A stretch of 60,088 nt of DNA, counting the filler, from Porpidia crustulata (Eukaryota), in assembly GCA_964255105.1 (NCBI GenBank). It is 4 parts of 4 records of this genome, joined end to end, with 100 filler letters (N's around TTAATTAATTAA, not from the genome) between each part and the next. Parts side by side here need not be neighbours in the genome. Positions count along the whole stretch, not along the records: positions 1 to 14,962 come from CAXUWE010000347.1; 3 more parts are not named here. The stretch is one strand, 5' to 3'. The notes under the pieces are model-generated. The model did no database searches and was not told the origin of the DNA. It saw only the letters and a program-made list of their open reading frames with translations. A program made the translations under genes and the position numbers. Of this stretch, positions 1 to 12,695 are shown in pieces (positions within the stretch are counted from its first letter, which is position 1; every line of letters starts with the position of its first letter).

Positions 1-580
1 CCCAAAAAACCCCCCCGACCACACACGCACCAACCAGCCCTTACCGAGCACAACGCGTGCAAAAAATCATGGTATCACGTATCCGCCCTAATCGTTTCAC
101 AGACCGCCCCAACCCACATCCTCCCAAGAGCCCAGTCACCCCGAAGCCTTCCTGGCACAGTAAAAAGAAAGGGAACGAAAAGTTCAAACTCGTAGAATCT
201 CCACCGTCCAAACACCGACCGCCGCCCCTCCTAGATGAGAAAAATTGTCGTCACGACTGCGAGTTCGACAGGCTTGGGGATTCCGTGGATGCGTTATGAC
301 GAGACAAAACCGACCGGCTGCCATGCGGCCCGGTACTACTGAATTCCGTATGCGCTCCGTGCCCGAGGTGCCTGCGAATCAGAAGGGTGTGTATCCGAGC
401 AAAGCGCAAAGGGGCCTTGGGGAATTGTTAAAAGTGGGATAATGAAGTCTGAAGTGGGTATTCGAAAAATTGCTGGACCTAAATGATGAAGATTTCCTGC
501 TGTGTTCCTACACGAGATATGAGGGCAGGCTGCGGTAGGATTCCGGGGTTTGGCCTCTTTTCTGCGAGGGTGCCTGCGGT

Positions 581-3108
581 TTACCACCCCTTTTTTCGTG
601 CAAAGCGCTTGTTCAGCAGCGCCAGGACTTTCGGGACGTTGAAATGGACATATTCGAGATCGAGCGCTTCCTGGCTGTCCTTTTGCATTTCGAGTAGGTC
701 GTCGAGTTTGAGGTCGAGCTCTAGGAGTCCGCGGTTTCGGCCTGTAGTAAGTGAATTATCAGTGATTTGTCCTTGAAAGTTCATTCTGATAGTGCGCTGG
801 ATTTACCTTTGTAGTGAAGACTGATGACGAAAGTCCCCGGTAATGGACTTGTGAAATTGAAATAGATATTGGCGCGTCGGTTGTCGGGGACGTTGCTTTT
901 TTGTATGACCCCCTCCTTTTCCAGTTGCTGGTGAGTGAACTTGTATGGCCCTAGCGCCTGATGCTTCTGTTGCTTCCTCGACTTGCCCTCGGATTGGCTG
1001 CGCACATTGTGCAAATACGACTTGTATGTTTCAAGCTGTTTGACGAGATAGCTGTTGTGATCGCGAATAGTACGGAATACCTCCTCCAGTTTTTTGGTTT
1101 CATCGAGCGTCTTCTCCTTGAGCGAGCCTAAGTGCACGAGCTCTTGCTCGACTTCATCGCGTAGGAGACCAAATTGGTCGGATTTGTCAATGACGCCTAA
1201 TTCTTGCAATTGGCTTAGAAGCTCCATACTCCTAATACCCTTGCGTACCATGACCGCGTCGTTCTTCAAGGTCGCTGCAACCTCGGCGACACGATCTAAC
1301 CGGAGAGGTCGCTTCGATACCGACGTGCTCTGTGGTAGGGATCTCATGATTTGCACAAATGTGGCCTTGGCCTCCATAAAATAGACCTCTTCCTGCGTAA
1401 TGTCAAGAGCTGCGGTGAGGTCGTCAATCGCGGTCTCCCATATGCTGAACAAGGGTAAATTGATCGCTCTGTTCTCCTTGCGAGGTAATTGCGCCGGCGA
1501 GGGACCAAGCTCTTGTAAGATGAGATTGAGATGTGAGTTATCCTCTTTTGCTAGAGCAGCGCTATGCTTCTCGAGTAAGGCGTGAGTGGCGTAAACTTCG
1601 TTCAAAGTGATAGATAGTTCGAGATCTTTTTTGGACAAAGCAACGTAGTTGTCCATTACAAGGCTCTCGTAAAAGTCTTGCACCTCGCACAAGTCCAACA
1701 TAAACTGGTTTACCCTTTCCTTATTTTGGTGGATGAATGGCTGGAGCTTGGCCATATATGGCTCCTTTGCATACGAAGGCTTGTTCGCAAGATTTTGCAG
1801 CATCTTCGCAATGAGCGTCAATGTCCGCCTTGGGTGGTCCGCAGGTGTCCCGTCGATCAGCATGTATGACCTGGGTGTCACAATGGCAGGGTTGATGAAC
1901 CTCAGAAAGAAGAAGCCTCCGATAAGGGTGCATATAGTCTGGTCTTGGGGATCCCCATATTTCCGCTTCGATAGACTCCTGATCTGCTTGCAAATCCATC
2001 GGATACCATATGGTGTCTCATCGAGCCCATTGATGATGGTCTCCAAGAATGACGTTGCAAGCTCCATGAGCATCTGCAGTCTTGGCGCTATGATTTCTTG
2101 CACTTGCACATTTTCCGCAGCTTGCTCCGCAGTAACGCCCTTTGGTAGGTAATCTGGCACAGCCCCAGTGTCCGCTTCGATTTGCTCTATCATCCGCGTG
2201 TAAACTTTGAGCGGATTGATCTCTAGATCCACGTCCTTTAGCTCGATGAGAGAGTTGATTTTGTCCTGTAGAACCACCTTCAAATAGCTCTGGCCCGGTC
2301 CCCGCCTGGTGTATGTGGTCATCATGCGGGAGACAGGAGTATTAGCGCGCAATAAAGATGAGTATTCTGGGGTATTTTCGAATTGGTAGGTGAGTACAGA
2401 TTGGAACATGGTAAGCAGTAAATGTTCTTCGCGACTGTCGTATTGATTCCCGTAGATTGTGAACATCACGGTCTGCAGTAGCGAATCAATCTCAGTCATT
2501 GTGACGAGGCGGCATAGGTGGGCAATATGCCGAGGTTCTGATTGGAGTAGGAACAGGAGATTGCCATATTTCTGTGTCTTATCGTCATTGGGAAAGAATC
2601 CCTCCTGCAAATCCGAAGCGTCTTCGAGATGACTTGCGACCTCGTTTTGCTGGTCAACCATGTCAGTCCCTGCGTTAATAATGTTCCATTGTATAACGCA
2701 CCTCTTCCAGTGCCATGCGATTCTGGATCAGGAGTGCTATCCTCGAGTCTAGATAGCGTACATCTTTCTCGAGAACAAAGTTTTTCTTCGATTGGCTAGA
2801 GATCTTGGCTTTTATGTCGCGCTGGGTTTTCTGGGCTTATCACCAATCAGCACCAAATGGAAAGACCACCAATACCGTCGCCTACCTCTGGCCAAGTCAT
2901 CCTCAATTTCCAAATCCTTTTCTTTCGCAGACATTGACAAGTACAGTGCCGTAGAGTATCTCTTCGATTGACGCATGGACCGGCCATCGTGAGACGAGGT
3001 AGTGTTCTGGCGAGAGATTTGCACAAGGGACGACGACGAAGACGTCGATGCTCTGGATACCCTCGAGGGGTAAGGTGGTCCCTGGGGTGGCATGACTGCT
3101 ACAGACAT
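581..3108 (-). CDS. Ras GTPase-activating protein (Gap1/Sar1-like; RasGAP plus RasGAP_C), 4 exons: 3108-2886, 2835-2702, 2649-807, 741-581
   Basis: RasGAP signature [16 protein letters not shown] and [13 protein letters not shown]. Splicing at GT-AG sites joins the ORFs in frame ([58 protein letters not shown]...[15 protein letters not shown]...KKGW*). Confidence 0.92.
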
Positions 3109-5110
3109 GATGCGCGATTGATTTATCTGATGTTAAGAGATAATGCGGCCAAAGGCTCGCTACTGCGCAGCGCTTCGCTCTATTTGAGGAGCAGCTCCTT
3201 GATGAGAAGGATGCAGCGTTAAGACGACGAAGCTATAGTGTCATACAGGAAAGTAGAAGACCAGGTCGCTTTTGCCTAGCTGATCATGGATAGTCGCGCA
3301 ACGACGTCGTCCGGACCAGCCGGTTTTAGTCGTATGACGGCTTCTAGCCTTCTCGGTGTAGGTAACAAATGTGGTAAGGTTGTGGTAATTGTGCGCCGAG
3401 GGCCTAGGTTCTCGTTGGAGTACCCCGAAGGAACATTTAGGCCTCCAGGATGGATGATCCCAGTATGTGGCGCAGATTGATCGGAGTAGTTGGTGGCTTC
3501 AGATTGTATCGCGAATTGGCGACAGATGCTCCTCCGCTTGTTACAACCTCGGAAGTGGGGAGCCGTGATAAGGAGGCTCTTCCAATGGAAAATGACGCAA
3601 CGGCAGAATGCAGCGTTGGGCAGGGAGTCTATAATAAGGGAGATGTAGATGGAAATAGTAATGGCCTACGACTGAGAGAACAGATAGGTAGGAAATTGGT
3701 TATAGGGAATAGGCAGAGAAGAACGAGGATGAGCAGATGGTGGATAGGGTTAGCTAGTCCATCCTCTCCTAAGAACCTAGGACTTCAGAAGAGAGGGCGA
3801 GAAGGCTAGTAGTAATAGTAGCATTACTAGTACTGTTAGTGAGTCGTAGAGGGGAATTGCATGCAAGGGCGAGCACGTTAAAGGGGACTAGTGTCTCTCT
3901 TACTTCGCTTAGATTGTTAGCGTGACTCTGTCAGCATCGCTTTCGACCGTACCTGACCCTTATGCCTATTCGCACCATGTTCCTCAAACTCTAAGCTTCA
4001 GGGGTATCTCTGTCAGACTTCATGATCCTTCCCCAGATCATTTGATACTCTACATCTACATATTTCCAATCCACCCCGGCCACAAGAAAAGGACCTGGTG
4101 GATACTATCAACGCGAGTTGGTGAACCGTTGTCTGTCACATTACCAGTTTAGCTACGTCGATCAACCGTCGATCCGCTTCATTAGGGTTTTCATATTTAT
4201 AACGGGGAGTATTGTCCGATGTACACAAGTGCAGGTTCCTCGCTCTGAAGCTTTTAATGGCTAGCCTGTTTCCTTTTTTAATTTTCAATCTGGAAATCAT
4301 GCTTACCCAAATAGTGAGACCCCTCACGAAGAACCCAGTCCTCACCCTAGTCTGCTTATCCTTTCGTCCAGTCTATGCCGCATCGTTTCTGACAGCGGGA
4401 CACAAAGCAGACGTCGTACACAGGGGGTTACCATAAAGCCGCAGCCTAGCGATCAGAGCATCATCACCAATAGATATGGTTGGAGTAAAAGTTGGCGGGA
4501 CGAAGCAAATTGCTACAGGTTATGCCATGTTAGAAGCTAGATTGGTGTGTCAAATAGATACGCATTGCGTCCTCTTTGCTGCTACTGACTGCACATCTTG
4601 CACTTTATTCCTTACATTGGAACGGAACACGAATCCTGTGTAACTCCCATCCTTGCAGCCCTGATTGTGAGCAACGATCGGAAGGGACACTGCAATTGGA
4701 GGAGAGTAACAATGGGAAATTCTAGCTTCCCTATTTGGGGCGATGCCAACTATTGAGACGGCACATTATCATTATCACATTGATGATCTGCGTCCGCCTT
4801 AATGCTTGACATCGATAGTCGGCCGCCCCAAATACCCACAGCTCTGTCACCCCACTGCTTAGCGTCCAAATTCTTGATTTGCATCTGGGGTGCGTAGGTT
4901 GATGCCCAAGCTCTCGGGAACGCGGCGTTGTTTGCAGTGGATACAACTATTTAGGGTTGGATGCAGACCTTATCATACCTGTTGTTCTGAGACACGCCCA
5001 ACCAATGTGCCGGTATCAAATTCGGATTCCTACCAACCCTTGCCATCGTCAATAGACTTGCGATATTGATCTTCGTTCGTGATTCGTCAAGCAACACCTT
5101 GTCGACGGCA

Positions 5111-7540
5111 TCACTTTTTGAAAGTAAAGCTTTTACCCGCAATCTCCTTTTGGGATTTCCGCATTCCTTTGGGCGCGTCCAAAGACTTGGCGTACGGGTC
5201 GAAAGATTTCTTCGACCCAGTGCGATCGCTATTGTCCCGCTTCGCATGCAGTACCGAAGGCGCCTTTGCGTAATCAAATGCCTCGCTTTCCTCTCGTCCT
5301 TCGGCATTATAATTGTGTTGGATTGTCTTGCCTTTACGTTGCTCCTTTTCGAACTTTCTCTGTGCTTTTCGCTGTGCCTTGCGCTCAGCTGTGTCTCGGG
5401 CAATGTGTGCTTCGCCAACTTCGTTAAGAGAGATGTCCATTCCCTTATCAGGGCTTTGGCTTGTCCTATTTTCAGCCGGCCTATCTGTTGATACGACGGT
5501 TGGCTCGGAAGTTTCCTGCAGCTCATCAATTTTCCGTTTCCTAGCACCGCCAAGCTCTTTGACTGTGAAGACTTCATCTTCAATGGGTTTCCTGTCCTTG
5601 ACAAATTGGTGCTCAGCCCGAGCTCCTGATTGCAATTGGGACGATGCCGCTGCTACCAGTTTCTTATCATCGTAGATCTGTGCTGTGAGTTGTGGCAAAG
5701 GCAATGCCAAACGCAGACTGCCATCGGGCAGTTTTACGCTAGGCTGCTGAAGACTCCACGCCGTGCCGCTTGCATCTATTGTTGAACCCCAAAATTGGGA
5801 TCGATTTGTTCTGATTGGTAGCTTACCAGCGGGAGTTTGTAACGGGGCCAATATTTGATCCCTATCCGGAATAGCACCTGAGCCCACATTGTCAGCTGCC
5901 ACTGCTTCTAGGTTCAATACACTATGATCCTGCATGATTTCTTTCAAATCAGGACCAGTAGCGCCAGCGATCTTGGCATGACGGATCACGCCAATTAGCT
6001 CACCCGCACGTGCTCGCAATAAGCTGGAGATTGGATGGGAGCAGCCAAATAGCGAGGATTCATCCACAGGGAGTTCTCTAGCGATGCTGAATAGGACATG
6101 TTTTGGCATGACATGGTGCACAGATTCGTCTTCATTCCTGGCGACAGTATCTCTCCACTGATGTACAGCTCGGAAGACTGCGAATTGCTCCCTATTGAAG
6201 AGGGCCGGGGTACGGTAGAGCATACTATACCAGCCATTTGCGCCTCTACCATGCTCTGCATCGTATATTGGGCGTTCATAGCATTGTGAAGCTTCTTTAA
6301 TGGATCGCAGGCGTACATCCTTTATCAGATTGCCATCTGGTTGAGAGAAATCTGATCTCTCGATGAGCTCATTTCGCATGTTATCATACAAATACAGAAG
6401 AAAATGCGTGTCGGAGCGAGCGTAGTCAAACATTTGTTCGGGGAGCGGTCGAATCCGCCAGTCAGCCATTTGATATTGCTTGTCTGCATCAAAGCCAACA
6501 AATCTAGATAGCAATGATGCAAGACTATGCTTAGTGTACCCCAAGGCCCGAGATGCGTGATAAGTGTCAAACAGACCGACAACGTATAACCCCAAATCTC
6601 TCTGTAGCCATATTATGTCCATTGAAGATCCATGGAAAACTTTGAGGATTTTTGGATCCGTAAAGACTTCATTGAGCGCCTGGAGGTCCTCCCTCCATGG
6701 CTTAAGAGTATCCACAATCCAGTCCTTGTCTCTTGTGCTGATTTGCATCAACGACACCAGGCCAATATAAGAGTGGGTATCATGATGTTCTAGATCCACC
6801 GCAATCTCTTTTGCTAATTTCAGCTCTTCAAGCATGACAGCAACTGCTTCTGGAGTATCAACAAATGTAGCTTTCGTGGATTCGAAAGGTAAAAAATGTA
6901 TGGGGTCGGCCTTCACATATGTCGCAGCAGGATAATTTGACTCGATGATTTCGGTCTCGTACAGATTTTGTCTGCGCCAAGGTTTCGTCGACGTGATGCC
7001 TTGACTTTGCTCGAGAGGTACAATAGCGTGAGGCTTAGAGCGAATCAATGGCTCAAATATCGATTGTTCGTCATTGGTAGGTATCTTCTTGAATTGTAAC
7101 TGAGGCTTTGGGATGTTTTGGTTGCGGAATGTTTTCGAGGGCAGATGGTTCTTCGCGGGAGTGATCGATTTAAACGACTGGCGTTCCTGAGAAGTAGGTA
7201 GCTTCTTGATAATTCCTGTATATTCATCAAGGCATGCGTCAGCTTTTTCAAGAAGATTGTCGATGATATCAACTATGCCTCTCCAATTATCGTCAACGGA
7301 ATCGGCATCGGGCAGACGAGGCGCTGAGACCTCAGTGTCTGAAGCCGCGACTCTCAAAAGGCTTTGCGCAAGTTTCAGAAGTCTGGTGCTTTGTTTCTCG
7401 ATCAAAGGAGTAATTTCTGGGTTCGAGGAACGGTGGAAAGCCAAATCCTCAGCGGCGATCTGTCCGGCAGTCCTCGTCGTATCAACGAGAGCAGTAGAGA
7501 TTGTCTCCTTGATCTCTTCGAAGGTGTCTGGCGCAGCCAT
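5111..7540 (-). CDS. RRP6: Nuclear exosome 3'-5' exoribonuclease Rrp6 (PMC2NT, DEDDy exonuclease and HRDC domains)
   Basis: 809-aa intronless ORF with EIAVDLEHH, SLMQISTR, KVFHGSSMDIIWLQRD, QMADWRIRPLP and YARSDTHFLL; HRDC region WRDTVARNEDES. Confidence 0.95.
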   Translation of the reverse strand: MAAPDTFEEIKETISTALVDTTRTAGQIAAEDLAFHRSSNPEITPLIEKQSTRLLKLAQSLLRVAASDTEVSAPRLPDADSVDDNWRGIVDIIDNLLEKADACLDEYTGIIKKLPTSQERQSFKSITPAKNHLPSKTFRNQNIPKPQLQFKKIPTNDEQSIFEPLIRSKPHAIVPLEQSQGITSTKPWRRQNLYETEIIESNYPAATYVKADPIHFLPFESTKATFVDTPEAVAVMLEELKLAKEIAVDLEHHDTHSYIGLVSLMQISTRDKDWIVDTLKPWREDLQALNEVFTDPKILKVFHGSSMDIIWLQRDLGLYVVGLFDTYHASRALGYTKHSLASLLSRFVGFDADKQYQMADWRIRPLPEQMFDYARSDTHFLLYLYDNMRNELIERSDFSQPDGNLIKDVRLRSIKEASQCYERPIYDAEHGRGANGWYSMLYRTPALFNREQFAVFRAVHQWRDTVARNEDESVHHVMPKHVLFSIARELPVDESSLFGCSHPISSLLRARAGELIGVIRHAKIAGATGPDLKEIMQDHSVLNLEAVAADNVGSGAIPDRDQILAPLQTPAGKLPIRTNRSQFWGSTIDASGTAWSLQQPSVKLPDGSLRLALPLPQLTAQIYDDKKLVAAASSQLQSGARAEHQFVKDRKPIEDEVFTVKELGGARKRKIDELQETSEPTVVSTDRPAENRTSQSPDKGMDISLNEVGEAHIARDTAERKAQRKAQRKFEKEQRKGKTIQHNYNAEGREESEAFDYAKAPSVLHAKRDNSDRTGSKKSFDPYAKSLDAPKGMRKSQKEIAGKSFTFKK

Positions 7541-7807
7541 TAGACTGAATATGAGGTGGTTGAGTGGTGCGGGGGCACCATCGAATTGAAATGCTTAATA
7601 AGATCTGAAAATTACCTATCGATGATCTCCATGATAATTTAAGGTTCGGAAGAGCCTCATTTTAGCGGTCTGCACAGCCACATCTCAGATAATTGCAGTG
7701 CCACCTACGCTCGCCAGGCCACCTACTTATGATGTCCTCAATCCCTATCTGTGTGACTTTTTTTGAATCTTGAGATTCATAATTTGCCAGAATTCAGTGT
7801 CTTTGTA

Positions 7808-8220
7808 ATGTCAGCTTCCATTGCGCCAGAATGTAATGAGGTCAAAGAGTATTTTTGTTCCCAATCCCGTTCATGTAGGGGTTTCTAATGTGAAGCAGAC
7901 GATATGACTCCTGCTTTCTGAAGTGGTACAGCGAAAGTGAGTCTATGGACAATTTATGATTGCTACAATGCCTTACAAGCAGCGTAGAATATCTGCGTGG
8001 TGATGCATCAAGCGACGAATGCTCCCCTCTATTCAAGAAGTACCAAAGCTGCCTGACGGTAGGTGAAAACATTGTCATAATTTCATTGATGCCCATTTTG
8101 ATCATCATGCAGAGAGCTCTTAAGGAAAGGGGTATTGACACCATGCTCAATGAGGCCAGGGAAAGTAATAGGGACAACGACGCTGAACATATGGGAAGGA
8201 AATGTAAATCTCCCGTTTGA
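7808..8220 (+). CDS. MDM35: Mitochondrial intermembrane-space twin CX9C protein Mdm35 (TRIAP1 family), about 4 short exons
   Basis: Spliced translation MSASIAPECNEVKE|RYDSCFLKWYSEK|YLRGDASSDECSPLFKKYQSCLT|RALKERGIDTMLNEARE..., with GT donors (gtattt, gtgagt, gtaggt) and YAG acceptors. The extreme 3' end is uncertain. Confidence 0.88.
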
Positions 8221-8428
8221 CCACCGATCAATGGTTCACTTGCAATGTGTTGAGCTGACTCGGAAATTCTAGGATTCATCTGAGGACGAACTCTTTAATT
8301 GTATAATTATGAACATCTCCCACCACAGCCTTAACAATTCCTCTTCTTATTGACCCATTCTTCTTGACAAGTGGCGTTCGTGGCGGCTGAAAGTATGCCA
8401 AGACTTCTATCTAATCAAGCGGGACCTG

Positions 8429-8444
8429 ACGCGTCAAATCGCGT
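8429..8444. promoter_or_regulatory. MCB (MluI cell-cycle box) ACGCGT plus an adjacent CGCGT upstream of PRI1
   Basis: gACGCGTcaaatCGCGTc about 120-130 bp upstream of the primase ATG. MBF-regulated G1/S genes carry such paired sites. Confidence 0.65.
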
Positions 8445-8561
8445 CTCGCTAATTGCACTTTAACAGAGAACTTCCCAACGCCTATGCGTTGAAGAAGCGG
8501 CGAATTGCATTGTTACTGACTGTTCAAAAGAATAATCAGCTCTCTGTGCGTAGTCAATAGC

Positions 8562-10282
8562 ATGCCTTACTCGACCTCCGAAGAGCGCTCAACTGTGCAG
8601 AACCAAGAAGACGACGTCCTGCCCGACGCACCAGTAAACGACCAAGATACCGATGATCATAATGATACGGAAAGCAGTAGCTCCCAAGACCCTCACGTAT
8701 TTCCTAGCGACATAGTCAAGGTCCCTACCAAAGTTGAGATGAAAATTGAAGATCTGTTCCATACTGATGATGAAGATGACGAGGAATTCCCAAGTTCCGC
8801 ACCTGCAAATGAAGACATACCGAGCAGTCCGCCCGTTGCTCCAGGGTAAGGTCATCTGTCATGGTTGAACTGTAAAGTCTGACCCATTGGTAGGCATGTT
8901 CCAGTTGCCGCAAAGTTCACAGATCCGGAGGTTATGCTTGCATTTTACCAACGTTTATTCCCCTTTCGATACCTCTTCCAATGGCTCAATCATTCATTGA
9001 AACCTTCAAGCGATTTTGGGAATCGAGAATTTGCTTTCACATTACAGAATGATGCCTATTTGAGATATCAAAGCTTTCCTTCTTCGGACCTGTAGGTAAA
9101 GGCTCCCTGCCAGCAGAATTAATTAATGACTAGTACAGCCTCCGGAAAGACGTTCTACGTCTGAATCCTTCTCGTTTCGAAATCGGTCCCGTATATACCG
9201 CAAATCCTCGAGACCGCAAGACCCTCCGCAAGTCAACGGCGTTCCGGCCCATGACCAAAGAATTGGTGTTCGATATTGATTTGACGGACTACGACGAGAT
9301 CCGAACTTGCTGCGACAAGGCCAACATCTGTCACAAGTGTTGGTCGTTTGTGACCATGGCCATCAAAGTAGTAGATACAGCCCTGCGAGATGACTTTGGG
9401 TTCAAACACATCATGTGGGTCTATTCCGGCCGTAGAGGAGCGCACGCATGGATCAGCGACAAAAGAGCAAGGACTATGGACGATCAGAGGAGAAGAGCTG
9501 TGGCAGGTTATCTCGAAGTCATCAAAGGCGGAGCGCAAAGCGGCAAGAAGGTCAATGTAAAGAGACCACTACATCCTCATCTCGCGTAAGTCATACCGTC
9601 AACAAACTATATTCATCACGAAACCCTTACTAAACCCCCTCCCCTCAGCCGAAGCCTCGACATTCTAAAAGAGCATTTCCAAGCCGACATCCTCGACGCC
9701 CAAGACCCCTGGGCCTCCCCTGAAAAAGCCGAGCGCCTCCTCCAACTCCTCCCGGACAAAGCCCTCAACGACTCTCTCCGCAAGAAATGGGACTCCGCAT
9801 CCGGCCGCTCCAGCACCAGCAAATGGGCTGACATTGACGCCGTCGCCAAGACCGGCGCCAGTAAGACCCTCGACGGCAAGGCGCTGCTGGAAGCCAAGCA
9901 GGACATTGTGCTCGAGTATACGTACCCGCGCCTCGACGTCGAGGTCAGTAAAAAGCAGATCCATCTGCTCAAATCCCCGTTCGTCATCCACCCTGGCACC
10001 GGCCGCGTCTGCGTGCCGATCGATCTGAAGCGGCTGGAGAAGTTCGATCCGCTGGGCGTACCCACTGTCACGGAGCTTCTGGGCGAGATCGATGCGTGGG
10101 ATTCGGCGGGCAGGAAGGACGACGGTGACGAAGAGGATGCAGGGGTCAAGAAGCTGCAGGATTACGAGAAGACGAGCTTGAAGCCGTATATCGAGTATTT
10201 CCGCGCTCATGTTGCGGCGTTGCTGAAGGACGAACAGGGTGTGAAGAGGGCGAGGGAGGACGGTGATCCCATGGAGTATTAG
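8562..10282 (+). CDS. PRI1: DNA primase small (catalytic) subunit, 4 exons: ~8562-8845, 8894-9091, 9140-9585, 9649-10282
   Basis: Motifs FYQRLFPFR, NREFAFTLQNDAYLRYQSF, KELVFDIDLTDYD, WVYSGRRGAHAW, YPRLDVEVSK and HLLKSPFVIHPGTGRVCVP; canonical introns. Confidence 0.95.
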
Positions 10283-12695
10283 GTATCGGTCAAGAGGTTC
10301 ATGTAATGTCTGGCGTTTAAATCGGCAATGCTTCGGGGGTCCTGAGAAAAGACTTGGCTGCCTTCACATCCACGTCTAAAACCACCAATTACCCAAATCT
10401 TCTTCTATCAAATCCACCAAACCTCTTCGATCCCTCATGCCATATCCTACATTCCAACGTCTACCACACCAGCGATACAACAACTCCTAGCAAATCACCC
10501 CAACGCTCGCCATTCCCTCCTCTCAGCCAAGCTAGCCCCTTCCCTTCATCGATACCCAAGACCCGCCCACATGGGCTATCGAACCTAAGCCCGCGATGAC
10601 GGTCATCGAGCTCGACTGATGGTGAATTTTTTCTCTTTCTCAGCTCGACTTCCGCGCTGCCACAACGTCTCATTCATCCCATGAGGGAATCATTTCCGTT
10701 ACGTATGGTGATAGGGATCGGCCATCTAACAACGACCGGGCCTAAAATCACGAGAGAGTCATCTCGGGCCTGACTGTTTAGAATAATTTCTGAGACGGGT
10801 GCTAAAACTCCATCTACCCGCTATCGACGTATCATAACGAGTCTAGAAAACTCATCGGCTGCCCATTCAAGGATGGTACCATTGCATTCAGAATCGTGCT
10901 TTCAAAGAAAATCATCCCACGATTCCTATTTCCAATATCCATGAGTCTATTTACAGTTGATCAGAAAAACGCCTTCACTCTCCCATCTCCCCTCTCACAT
11001 CACAATGCACGCCCCCTTATCAAACGCCTCCTGTACCGTAAAACCGACAGCTTCACACGGCCATGGCCAGGACAAGTCCAACTACCATCATGAAAGAAGC
11101 CACGCAAGGGCCAAGAATTTCCATTTGTTTGCGGGATAGTAGAAGACGCTACTGAGGTACCTTCCGTGGAGCAGACCGGAAGAACGCGTATGATGTTGCA
11201 CGCATCGACAGCGAAATTACAGGCCACCGTAGCCAAGTCCATGGCCGCACATTCTTTGTTATAGCGTATGGTATCCTCCGTTCTGTTGGTGTACGAGGCT
11301 GGACAATGCCAAGCACTGATGGAATACTTCAGTGTGTGATAGCCCGATTGGGGGAATGTACGCTCAGTCTTGGAAGCTTACAGACTATCAACACGGCGGA
11401 CGCAACCGGCCAACGGGGGAGCAACGGCTCAGCCCAATCTACAAATGTGAAGAGTGCTTGAGCTAGTACAAATCTGGGCCCCTTTTTTGTGCATTCAGTC
11501 ATGGAGGCCGATGGTCTGCGGAAGTCATCGTTTGAACATGATTCTCCTTTACTCGGGGTTGTTTGGACTTCTGGCGGATAGCAGAGATTGTACGCAGAGT
11601 TTAGAGACATGGTACTTTATGTTGGGATGTTGCTTCGGTGCAGCGAAAAGTCTTATACTGCAACTAGTCCAGTCTCTCTTATTGACTTGATACACACGAA
11701 GAACGGCGAAGATGAGACCAGCTTACGCATGAAATTGACAGGCTGCCTCTGCTCAAGAAGCGGTAAAAGGATAGCACTAATGAGCGGTCGACCTCCAGAT
11801 GATAATGCCTTGCTAAAAATGCGTTTAAAGAGGACCAAGAAAGATTGTGGTTTGCAGAGGCAAGTATACGATATATGGATGATTGAAAAGCTGAGATGAG
11901 AGCTTGGTGTGAGACCAAGTTAAAAAAAACACCCTCTTTCTAAGCAGAACAATTGGAAGGCCCGAAGATCTTTTCGAAGACGCATGGTATCAACAGGAGA
12001 TATAGGTAGAGACTACCATATTAGGAAACAGCATGACCGAATGGATAATCCCTTAATTTTGGTCTGATTGCTGCATTGCAGATTAGAAAGATTTGGTTTA
12101 AAACCTTGGATTTTTTTTTGATCAGACATTAGCTTGAAATATATCGATCATATTCACAATAGTCAATACCTAGTGCTCAATGCCCGACACTTGAACAAGA
12201 CCACTAAGACCTCCTCAATATAATCTTCTGATCTCGGGCCGGTGACACGGGCTCTGCATACCTTGTGCTGAGGACACCAAATGGACTTACATTTGTGGCC
12301 GTCTTGATATGAAAACTATCTATCAACATTCTCGAGAGGCCAGCAACGAAACCCGTCTGTACGTGGTGCTGGCTATGTACCTTCTTTTGATCAGAAGAGT
12401 GTAGTGATTCAATCAGTCGAAGTAATCAAAGTCGTCAAGTCGGCATGCTTATGAGTCGCTAGGAACTTGCTTAGAACCTAACCTACCCTGTCGAATGGCA
12501 GCGGATGCTACATCAATCTCCGATCTCTCAGCTCAGTGATCTTGCAGCAATGATCCACAGATTTGTTATAGCTGCTAGCGCCATTGTGAGTCTTGGTAAT
12601 ATGTTGTGGAAGACCGGGAATTTTTGCGCGCAAGTGAGTCTTGTTCAAATTCCTTTGCCTACCGTCGTATTTTGTCCCATAGCATATGAACTTCG

